Below are positions 12,811-20,468 of a stretch of 64,000 nt of DNA, in pieces. Under the pieces are notes generated by a model. The model saw nothing but the letters and a program-made list of their open reading frames with translations, was not told where the DNA came from and did not search any database. The translations under genes were made by a program, and so were the position numbers. This DNA comes from a virus: positions 32,001 to 96,000 of the IMG/VR virus record IMGVR_UViG_3300026320_000001. One strand, written 5' to 3'. The first letter of the stretch is position 1, and every line of letters begins with the position of its first letter.

Positions 12811-12987
12811 ATATATTGGTTGTGAAATTGGCACAATAAATTCGTGGGTGTATGGTCTACGATAATTGAATGTTGACTACATTCTCTGAAAAGGTTGTCA
12901 TCCAGTCAACAAATTTGTTTTCGTTGGATGGTGCAGAAATGCAGTTATCGCACAACATGACAAATAGGAAAAGGTTAGCCAATATAT
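12811..12987 (+). ncRNA. Putative structured ncRNA of unknown family
   Basis: Starts at the predicted TSS; terminal stem atatattggtt/agccaatatat; nested stems cgataattg/cagttatcg and tgttgact/agtcaaca. Confidence 0.5.
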
Positions 12988-13063
12988 AATAAATTATCGT
13001 CTTACATATTATTTATTTCTCAATAATGAAATCAATAACACAAGCCGATAATTTATATAAAAT

Positions 13064-13145
13064 GAGAATATGATGGAATGCAGACATGCCAACCTTAGAA
13101 GTTGGTGCTAGAAATAGCATACTGGTTCAAATCCAGTTATTCTCA
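13064..13145 (+). tRNA. tRNA-Leu(TAG)
   Basis: Acceptor gagaata/tattctc; anticodon arm ccaac-ctTAGaa-gttgg; long V arm; TTCAAAT loop. Confidence 0.9.
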
Positions 13146-13149
13146 CTAT

Positions 13150-13224
13150 GCTGATATGAAGGGAATTGGCATACCTATTTCGCTTAAAACGAAATGTTTA
13201 CAGGTTCGACTCCTGTTATCAGCA
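13150..13224 (+). tRNA. tRNA-Leu(TAA), short variable region
   Basis: gctgata/tatcagc; tttcg-ctTAAaa-cgaaa; T arm acagg-ttcgact-cctgt. Confidence 0.85.
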
Positions 13225-13238
13225 CAAACAATCACTAT

Positions 13239-13324
13239 GTTCATGTGGCTGGAATTTGGTAGACGCGGCAGTTTCAAAAACTGTTATCTGAAAAGATGTG
13301 TGAGTTCGATTCTCTCCATGAACA
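13239..13324 (+). tRNA. tRNA-Leu(CAA)
   Basis: gttcatg/catgaac; gcagt-ttCAAaa-actgt; long V arm. Confidence 0.9.
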
Positions 13325-13328
13325 CTAT

Positions 13329-13400
13329 GTCCCATTATTTCAATGGATAGAATAAAACGCTACGAACGTTTTGGTGCGAGTTCGACTCTTGCATGGGACT
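13329..13400 (+). tRNA. tRNA-Arg(ACG)
   Basis: gtcccat/atgggac; aaacg-ctACGaa-cgttt. Confidence 0.9.
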
Positions 13401-14094
13401 CAAAAATTAAATGAAAAGGATGTTTTATGAATAAATTTTGGTGTATATTTAGAATATTTTTTAAGAATACACTAGGAGAACTTTATGCTATTATGATAGG
13501 TGTGCCATTAGTTATAATAGTTTTTTTATTGATTTCTCATTGGATAAGTAATTATGGAATTTATATAAAATCTTTTCTTTATAATATTCTTTATCAAATT
13601 TGTTTATTTTTATATTTATATAAAGATTTTATTATTTATTTTCTATTTTCAATTTTCAATTTATTTTATATTTATGGATTTTATTCTGCATTGAAATATC
13701 AATGGAATAAAGCCAAAAAAGAATACAGTGGTATATTATGAGATTTCAAATTGCACAAAAAGGTGAAAAAAGAGATGTGGAAGGATTTCTTTGGCTTCCA
13801 AGAGGCTTTGATGGCAATGAAATAAGATGGTTAGAACATGCTAAATGGAGAGAATATTATGATGGTATTAATTGGATATTTTACTATTGGAATGATTAAA
13901 CGCAGTTAATAAAGGAAATATTTTATTAATAAAAAAATAGAGTTGGGCATATTCGTATGGATTGTAGTAAGTTTATTGTATTTTATAATTCTAGGATTTA
14001 CTTTACGTCATATAATGTTACTATCATTTGGCTTTATTTATGGGATTTTAAAAATAATTTCATCAATTGATGAAACGTGAATTTTATCAATAAT

Positions 14095-14175
14095 GAGTTT
14101 GTAGCCTATTGGGATGGCATCTGCCTCTTAAGCAGACAGAGTAATCTAGAACAGGTTCGATTCCTGTCAGACTCA
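14095..14175 (+). tRNA. tRNA-Lys(CTT) with long variable arm
   Basis: gagtttg/cagactc; tctgc-ctCTTaa-gcaga; V arm aga-GTAA-tct. Confidence 0.85.
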
Positions 14176-14188
14176 CAGAAATAAAAAT

Positions 14189-14274
14189 GGAAGAATGCAT
14201 TCATGGGAATAACTAGTCTTGAAAACTAGGCTACCGAGTAGCCCTCGATAACGGTTCGATTCCGTATCCTTCCT
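14189..14274 (+). tRNA. tRNA-Ser(TGA)
   Basis: ggaagaa/tccttcc (imperfect); ctagt-ctTGAaa-actag; long V arm. Confidence 0.75.
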
Positions 14275-14449
14275 CTAGTAAGAAAAATTCATTTTCAAAA
14301 GGATATTAAAAATGTCGCCAAAGAATGAAGTTACTAAAAAATATTTGATTACAAGAGATGAAGAAGTTTTCACTGATTGGCTTTTCAAAAGTCAGGTGAG
14401 CGATTATATTCGCAGAGGATATATCGTTGAAGAAATAAAGTAATGAATT

Positions 14450-14539
14450 GGAATCATGACAGAGTAGCAATGTGTATGTTTGCTAAACATAAGCCACCAG
14501 TAACATGATGCGTAGGTGCAAATCCTACTGATTCCGCCA
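14450..14539 (+). tRNA. tRNA-Ser(GCT), CCA encoded
   Basis: ggaatca/tgattcc-G-CCA; tatgt-ttGCTaa-acata. Confidence 0.85.
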
Positions 14540-14542
14540 AAT

Positions 14543-14613
14543 GACACCTATTCCTACCGGGTGGGGAATTGTCTGCAAAACAATTAATAGAGATTCGACT
14601 TCTCTAGGTGTCT
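14543..14613 (+). tRNA. tRNA-Cys(GCA)
   Basis: gacacct/aggtgtc with U73; attgt-ctGCAaa-acaat. Confidence 0.85.
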
Positions 14614-14786
14614 CTTTCAGCATTTGTTGAAACAGGAGCAAATAATGAAAATTGAAAAAGCAAACAAAAGAGATAAAAAACGCTTCAAAAAGAAGAATGG
14701 AATGATTGTTGGAAATAAAAGTATTTTTATAATACAAGAAATACAAATAAAGAAATCGAATAAATTAAAGAAAAATAAATAATTAT

Positions 14787-14859
14787 GTGTTTGTAGTGTA
14801 GTTAGTCTGCACGTTTGCCTGAAGAGCAGAAAGTGCTAGTGCAATTCTAGCCGGACACA
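14787..14859 (+). tRNA. tRNA-Phe(GAA)
   Basis: gtgtttg/cggacac; tttgc-ctGAAga-gcaga. Confidence 0.85.
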
Positions 14860-14863
14860 CTAT

Positions 14864-14940
14864 CCTCCAATATACCCTCGTTCTTATAAAGCGCAGAAAG
14901 GTTAATTGGTGACATGATGGTTCGAGTCCATCTTGGAGGA
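14864..14940 (+). tRNA. Non-canonical tRNA-like RNA with TAT (Ile) anticodon and no 5' D arm
   Basis: cctccaa/ttggagg acceptor; cgtt-ctTATaa-agcg; T arm gatgg-ttcgagt-ccatc; 22-nt V region. Confidence 0.65.
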
Positions 14941-14944
14941 CTCT

Positions 14945-15016
14945 ATTCCTATAACTCAATAGTAGAGTGTCCGTTTTACATGCGGAATGTTGGGGGTGCA
15001 AGTCCCTCTAGGAATA
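14945..15016 (+). tRNA. tRNA-Val(TAC)
   Basis: attccta/taggaat; tccgt-ttTACat-gcgga. Confidence 0.85.
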
Positions 15017-16067
15017 CTAAAATTTAAGGAGAATAAAAATGAATGAAAATGATATAGAACACATTATTAATCAAATGAAATATATTCCTATTAGAAATTT
15101 TTATCATGCAGATAGATATGATACAGATAATGAATATGTTATTCATCTTTGGACTGAAATAGGTCAAAAAAATTTTGACATTAGAATTAAAAAAGAAAAA
15201 ATTAAATGTCCATATTGTGACGATTTTTATTATGAGGGTGGTTGGGCAAATCATTTATTAATGAAACATCATCAACATGCTGGATAAATTATAAAATGAG
15301 ACAAGTTAAACTTTTATATTTCAAATCATATGGTAAATATTATTCTGAAGGTTCGTATGCTACTCAAAAAGAATATGATTTTGATGTTTATACCGAAGTA
15401 GAAAATATGTTTTTAATTGGTAGTTATCCGGGACTATATAACACTGGAAAACCTCATGAATTTGATTGTGTTATTTTCCCTGAAAATGGTGTTCCCGGAA
15501 TTCTTTATGCAAAAGAAATACAAAATTTATTTAAGATGATTAATGGCTAAATTTGATTTAAGACCGATAATGGAATTTCAAGTAAAAGTTGTTTTGACCG
15601 AAGAAGAAGCTAGGGCGTTGCAATATATTTGTAAATATGGTGCAGATACTTTAATCAAAGGCTTGGATACTGTCATGACCACAAAAGAAATTAGCAAGGG
15701 AATCAGAAGTCTTGTTCGTGATACACAAGATTCTATAAATAAACAAATTAGTAAAATTGATGAAGCTAGAAAAGTAGTTGAAGAATAATTGATGAAATTT
15801 ATGTTTTATGGAAATAATATAATTATGTTCAAACAAAAATGTCCAATATGTGATTCAAAATTAGAATATGATATTGATAATTTAGATTTTTATCTAATGG
15901 AAGAGCATTATAATTGCCCCAATAAAGATTATTCTTATTCATATGAATATGGAATGACAAACATAACAATAGGAAATAAAGAATTTAATTATACTTATTT
16001 GGATAGCAATGTAAAAAAAGCTTTAATTTTAAAAGAAATCAAATTAGAGACTGAAAGATTGAAGTCC

Positions 16068-16096
16068 TTGACAAGATTAGAATAATATGGTATAAT
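16068..16096 (+). promoter_or_regulatory. Consensus sigma70 promoter
   Basis: TTGACA-17bp-TATAAT with TG extension. Confidence 0.85.
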
Positions 16097-16346
16097 TATA
16101 TTAAATTAGAAAGGAATTATTTATGAAATCATATCATATTGTTTTATTGTCTGCTTTGGCAACTTTGTGTGCTTTATTTTCTTTTGTTAATTCTGTTCGA
16201 GATATGGAAATTGATAATAATGCTTTCATTCTCGAAACAAATAACTATGACTTAATTATTGCTCATAATGATAATCATGTTGAATTTAATTTGAATTATT
16301 TTTATGGTAATAAAGCATATCAAATAGAAAAAATTTTTATTTTTTA

Positions 16347-16437
16347 GTTATTTATTGACTGTTTTTGGTGCATAGTCAAATTTATATCGTAATGATATAA
16401 GGGACGCTTGGCGACCTACATAGAAAAGCATAGTAAC
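16347..16437 (+). ncRNA. Putative ncRNA, GACTGTTTT...AGAAAAGC family, copy A
   Basis: Shares motifs and a covarying closing stem with 18364-18437; internal hairpin ttatatc/gatataa. Confidence 0.45.
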
Positions 16438-16458
16438 CATATTTATTAAAAATTAAAT

Positions 16459-16530
16459 GCTGTTTTGGTCTATTGGCTAAGACAATTCTTTCTCAAAGAA
16501 TTATGATGGGTTCGATTCCCATAAACAGCA
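16459..16530 (+). tRNA. tRNA-Glu(CTC)
   Basis: gctgttt/aaacagc; attct-ttCTCaa-agaat. Confidence 0.9.
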
Positions 16531-16539
16531 CAAATATAA

Positions 16540-16752
16540 AAGACACGCACAGTAATCAAACCCAATTCAACCGTTAATTGAAAAATAAGTGTCTTGAAAA
16601 ATAATTTATATATGTACAGATAGACTCTCACAGCAAATAAAATCTTTGTCCAAAAGAAAAAATGGAGTCTTGGCTAATCGTCTAACAATCATAAGACGCT
16701 ATACAGCAATTAAAATAATCAACTTTCAAACAGATGAAATAAATTGCGTCTT
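16540..16752 (+). repeat. Three tandem structured RNA repeats AGACNC-N2-3-ACAGYAA...GNGTCT upstream of the DUF2828 gene
   Basis: Units at 16540-16595, 16622-16670 and 16693-16752; closing stems agacac/gtgtct, agactc/gagtct and agacgc/gcgtct covary. Confidence 0.8.
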
Positions 16753-16776
16753 GAGAATTTTCAGAGGAGAAATAAA

Positions 16777-18249
16777 ATGAATTTAAAAAATGCTTTATCA
16801 AATGAATCAAATTGGACTCAAACAGAAAATGATGCTGATGCATTAAAATCAACTCAAAATAGTTTAGTTGATTTATTTGGTGTAATTGGTGCATTGCGTA
16901 CTCGTACTGGAGATGTAGAAAATCTTTTTATTAAGGCTTTTTATGAAAATAAATTGCTTGCAACAAAGATGTCTTTTTATGCTCGTAATGTTCGTGGTGG
17001 ACTTGGTGAACGTAGTGTTTCAAAAATTATTTGGAAATATTTAGCAAATAATTATTCGGATATTATGATTAAAAATATTAATATCATTCCTCTATTTGGG
17101 CGTTGGGATGATTTATATGAGTTTGTTGGTACTCCTGTGGAAAAATATATGTGGGAGTTGATTAGAAATCAATTGAAAGAAGACTTGGAAAATTTTACTT
17201 CGGGAAATTCAATTTCTTTGTTGGCAAAATGGATGAAAAGTATTAATGCTTCTTCAACTGAAACAAATCGTCTTGGAAAATTGACAGCAAAAAATTTAGG
17301 ATATTCAGAACAAGAATATCGTAAAATGTTAAAAACTTTGCGTGACCATATTAATATTGTTGAAAGTAAGATGTCAAATAATCAATGGTCAGAAATTGAC
17401 TATCGTTCTGTTCCTTCTAAGGCTATGATGAATTATCGTAAATCTTTTTCAAAACATGATTTGGAACGTTTTGGAAAATTTATTGAAAAAGTTGAAACAG
17501 GTGAAGAAAAAATTAATTCTTCAACTTTATATCCTTATGACATTTTTGAAAAAATGGGATTAGCAGAAAAATATGGTGGAAGAAGTCAAAGCTTTTATTT
17601 CACAAGTCCAGATAAAGTTTTAGAAGCACAATGGAAAGCATTGCCAAATTATTTTGTTGATGGTGATGTTTTGGTTATGGCTGATACATCTGGTTCAATG
17701 CAAGGTAGACCAATTGCAATTTCTCTTGGATTGGCTGTTTATTGTGCAGAACATAATAGTGGACAATTTAAAGATTCATTCATTACATTTTCAAGTCGTC
17801 CAAGTTTTGTCAAACTTGTTGGAAATACTTTGGCAGAAAAAATTCGTAATGTTCCAGCTATTGTAGAAAATACAAATATTGAATCTGCTTTTAATTTAGT
17901 TCTTAATGCGGCAAAAGAAAATAAGGTTTCATCTGAAGATATGCCAAAAGCGATTATCATTATATCAGATATGGAATTTGATAGATGTTCTGGTTATCGT
18001 ATGACATTTTATGATGCTATGAAATTGAAATTTGAAAATGCCGGACATAAAATTCCTGATATTTTATTTTGGAATGTAAATAGTCGCCAAAATGTATTTC
18101 ATGCATTTTCAGAATATAAGGGTGTTCAATTGGCAAGTGGTTCAAGTCCATCGGTTTTTTCAAGCATTATTAAAAATTTGGGCATGAATCCATATGAAGC
18201 AATGTTGAATGTTTTGAACGATGAAGTCTATAATGTGGTTGTAATTTGA
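16777..18249 (+). CDS. DUF2828-family TROVE/Ro60-like helical domain plus vWA protein
   Basis: TENDA..KST...VDLF, RNVRGGLGER, GRWDDL, LLAKW; vWA MIDAS DTSGSM...T...SDMEFD; GAGGAG RBS before ATG 16777. Confidence 0.8.
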   Translation: MNLKNALSNESNWTQTENDADALKSTQNSLVDLFGVIGALRTRTGDVENLFIKAFYENKLLATKMSFYARNVRGGLGERSVSKIIWKYLANNYSDIMIKNINIIPLFGRWDDLYEFVGTPVEKYMWELIRNQLKEDLENFTSGNSISLLAKWMKSINASSTETNRLGKLTAKNLGYSEQEYRKMLKTLRDHINIVESKMSNNQWSEIDYRSVPSKAMMNYRKSFSKHDLERFGKFIEKVETGEEKINSSTLYPYDIFEKMGLAEKYGGRSQSFYFTSPDKVLEAQWKALPNYFVDGDVLVMADTSGSMQGRPIAISLGLAVYCAEHNSGQFKDSFITFSSRPSFVKLVGNTLAEKIRNVPAIVENTNIESAFNLVLNAAKENKVSSEDMPKAIIIISDMEFDRCSGYRMTFYDAMKLKFENAGHKIPDILFWNVNSRQNVFHAFSEYKGVQLASGSSPSVFSSIIKNLGMNPYEAMLNVLNDEVYNVVVI

Positions 18250-18252
18250 CCC

Positions 18253-18281
18253 TTGACAAACTCAAAATATTGTGGTAAAAT
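18253..18281 (+). promoter_or_regulatory. Sigma70 promoter (extended -10)
   Basis: TTGACA-17bp-TAAAAT with TG. Confidence 0.8.
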
Positions 18282-18363
18282 TGTTTTATAAGCTAGAGAC
18301 AGAAACAAGGTTAAATAACTGGCAATCAAAAAATCTCTCGCGGTTGGATGTCTCAAAAACATC

Positions 18364-18437
18364 CTACAGACTGTTTTCAAAATTCATAGCTACAGACCCC
18401 ATTGGGTAGGCTCAATGGCTAAACCAGAAAAGCGTAG
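18364..18437 (+). ncRNA. Putative ncRNA, GACTGTTTT...AGAAAAGC family, copy B
   Basis: ctac/gtag closing stem; hairpin ccattggg-tagg-ctcaatgg. Confidence 0.45.
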
Positions 18438-18467
18438 AATGGCGACATAAAATTATAAGGATAAGAC

Positions 18468-18878
18468 ATGAGTTCTAATGAATATATGAATACCTATATG
18501 AAAAATAGGTATCAAAAAAGAAAATTATTTGCTCTTGAATATCTAGGCGGCAAATGTTCTAAATGTAATTCGGTAGAAAATTTACAATTTGACCACATTA
18601 ATAGAGATGAAAAGAATTTTACTTTGGCAGATGGAATGTTGTGGTCTGAAAAAAAATTTTTAGAAGAATTAAATAAATGTCAATTATTATGCGTGATTTG
18701 TCATCAAAAGAAAACTTTAATTGATTTAAATCAAAGTGATGGTAAAAATACTCATGGAACATTGACATCTTATAAATATTGTAAATGTGAATTATGTAAA
18801 AAAGCTAAATCTGATTATATGAAAGAATATAGAAAAACATATAAAAGAAAAAGCCGAAGAAAAAATATGGAATTGTAG
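18468..18878 (+). CDS. HNH endonuclease
   Basis: C..C....LQFDHIN...CQLLC..CH; 3' end overlaps tRNA-Lys(TTT). Confidence 0.8.
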   Translation: MSSNEYMNTYMKNRYQKRKLFALEYLGGKCSKCNSVENLQFDHINRDEKNFTLADGMLWSEKKFLEELNKCQLLCVICHQKKTLIDLNQSDGKNTHGTLTSYKYCKCELCKKAKSDYMKEYRKTYKRKSRRKNMEL

Positions 18879-18951
18879 TCAAGAGGTTAACGACACCAGA
18901 CTTTTAATCTGGCGCAGGAATGCTTCGTGAGTTCGAATCTCACCGATTCCA
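18869..18951 (+). tRNA. tRNA-Lys(TTT) with long variable arm
   Basis: ggaattg/cgattcc; ccaga-ctTTTaa-tctgg; V arm gca-GGAA-tgc. Confidence 0.85.
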
Positions 18952-18992
18952 CTTGTAAGAGAAATTATAAAAATAAAAAGGAGAATTATAAT

Positions 18993-19499
18993 TTGAAGAT
19001 TTTGAAGAACTTTGTTTTAGGTGTTGTGTTGTTATTTTCTGTGATTGGCTATAATGTATATGCCGCTCCATTATTTCAACCTTCATTAGTTTTAGCTCAT
19101 CATGATATTGGAAATGGTTCTTGTCAAGAACAATATGTGAATGAAAATGCTGTTGGAAATGGTGAATGGTTTATTGGTGCTTGTCCCGATGTAACTCCAG
19201 TACCAACCGATACATCAACCGTTGTGCCAACCGATACAGATACTCCAGTCGTGACAGATACTCCAGTCGTGACAGATACTCCAGTCGTGACAGATACTCC
19301 AGTCGTGACAGATACTCCAGTCGTGACAGATACTCCAGTCGTGACAGAAATTGCAACTTTTATTGCAGACCATTCACCTCGTAAATATAAGTGTTGGGCG
19401 GCAAAATGGTTTGGATGGGGAAATGGCCCTCTTCCTGTTGATTGCAGATGGCCTGATAATATGCCACAAAGTCCAATTCATGATGGATGGAATGATTAA
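18993..19499 (+). CDS. Secreted protein with Pro/Thr-rich TDTPVV linker
   Basis: AGGAG RBS plus TTG start; signal-peptide-like N-terminus ending VYA; Cys pairs on both sides of the repeat. Confidence 0.65.
   Translation: MKILKNFVLGVVLLFSVIGYNVYAAPLFQPSLVLAHHDIGNGSCQEQYVNENAVGNGEWFIGACPDVTPVPTDTSTVVPTDTDTPVVTDTPVVTDTPVVTDTPVVTDTPVVTDTPVVTEIATFIADHSPRKYKCWAAKWFGWGNGPLPVDCRWPDNMPQSPIHDGWND
19236..19343 (+). repeat. Perfect 18-bp tandem repeat x6 (acagatactccagtcgtg)
   Basis: Read directly; encodes (TDTPVV)6. Confidence 0.95.
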
Positions 19500-19538
19500 A
19501 TAAAAAAAATACCTCTCGATGTACAGGTTAATCGAAAT

Positions 19539-19611
19539 GGGCGTGTAGTTTAACTGGGAAAACAGTTGGTTTGCAACCATCAGAGCGAGGATTCGACTTC
19601 CTCCATGTCCA
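19539..19611 (+). tRNA. tRNA-Ala(TGC)
   Basis: gggcgtg/catgtcc with G3:U70; ttTGCaa loop. Confidence 0.9.
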
Positions 19612-19742
19612 CTAATAGTCATAACTGGTTGTTTTCCAGATAAAACATTATGACGAAGCATATGTTTTTGGTTGAGATAGAGATATTTCAATACCATATG
19701 TAGGATAATAACAAAAAGACTGATAGGAGAGACTATCATTAT

Positions 19743-19810
19743 AGTGGCGTACTGTGGATGAAATGAAATCTCCAAAATTTCTAGAGAGGGTTCGACTCCT
19801 TCCGCTACTG
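19743..19810 (+). tRNA. tRNA-Trp(CCA) with degenerate D arm
   Basis: agtggcg/cgctact with G73; gaaat-ctCCAaa-atttc; T arm intact; no D stem. Confidence 0.7.
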
Positions 19811-19910
19811 CTAATATACAAAAATAACATAGTTGAATTTTTAGGTATCACTTCATTTCGACAAAGATTTATGTATATAATAAAAGATATTCTTGATATG
19901 AATATCTTAT

Positions 19911-19996
19911 GTGTTGGCGGCAAAGATGGTGGGTTGCGGCGGACTGTAAATCCGTTTACCGTAAGGTACTTGATGGTTCGAGTCCATCTCAACACA
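19911..19996 (+). tRNA. tRNA-Tyr(GTA)
   Basis: gtgttgg/tcaacac; gcgga-ctGTAaa-tccgt; V arm tacc-gtaa-ggta. Confidence 0.9.
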
Positions 19997-20002
19997 CAAA
20001 AT

Positions 20003-20121
20003 TTACTATTGACCGAGTGAATAGGTGCAATAAGTCTGGTATCATTCAATGGATTTATATTCTAAATGCGAATGATGATATTGTTGAATCGTGGACATGG
20101 GTTAAATTCCCATATAGTATT
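20003..20121 (+). ncRNA. tRNA-like RNA with anticodon loop replaced by a ~46-nt hairpin
   Basis: tactat/atagta acceptor; D arm acc-gagtgaata-ggt; caata/tattg stem; T arm atggg-ttaaatt-cccat. Confidence 0.55.
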
Positions 20122-20129
20122 TTTTATAT

Positions 20130-20201
20130 AGGCAAGTAGCTCAGTGGTAGAGCGTCCGTCTGATACGCGGAGGGTCAAAAGTTCAATTCTTTTTTTGCCT
20201 A
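20130..20201 (+). tRNA. tRNA-Ile(GAT)
   Basis: aggcaag/tttgcct; tccgt-ctGATac-gcgga. Confidence 0.9.
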
Positions 20202-20239
20202 CAAATTATAAATAAAATATTTGTTTTATTTATTTTTAT

Positions 20240-20316
20240 GGTTTATTAGCTCAATCGGATAGAGCAATACATTGTCAATGTATAGGTTGCGGATTCGAGT
20301 TCCGCATAGACCGCCA
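20240..20316 (+). tRNA. tRNA-Asp(GTC), CCA encoded
   Basis: ggtttat/atagacc-G-CCA; ataca-ttGTCaa-tgtat. Confidence 0.9.
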
Positions 20317-20468
20317 ATATATCTGTTCAGACTCTAGAGTAGTAGAAATCTTTTGAAGGTGATGGGCGTGTGGTTAGGGATTGCTGGACACGGATTGATT
20401 TTGAACTTAGCTACTGGACATGATTCATGGAACATAGAGACTAACATGAATCAAAATAATTTTCATAT

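Noticed and set aside
16540-16752. Mini-CRISPR interpretation of the three repeats
   Set aside because: Sequence identity is limited to paired stem ends and ACAGYAA. The covariation indicates a structured RNA motif rather than identical direct repeats.
19236-19343. Possible CRISPR array
   Set aside because: The units are contiguous 18-bp repeats with no spacers and are in frame within a CDS. The Cas4-like nuclease at 26114 is solo and sits in a replication operon.
20317-20460. Pistol or theta (HDV-like) ribozyme 3' of tRNAs
   Set aside because: There is only a superficial GTGGTTAGGG resemblance; I could not build the required pseudoknots and catalytic residues.
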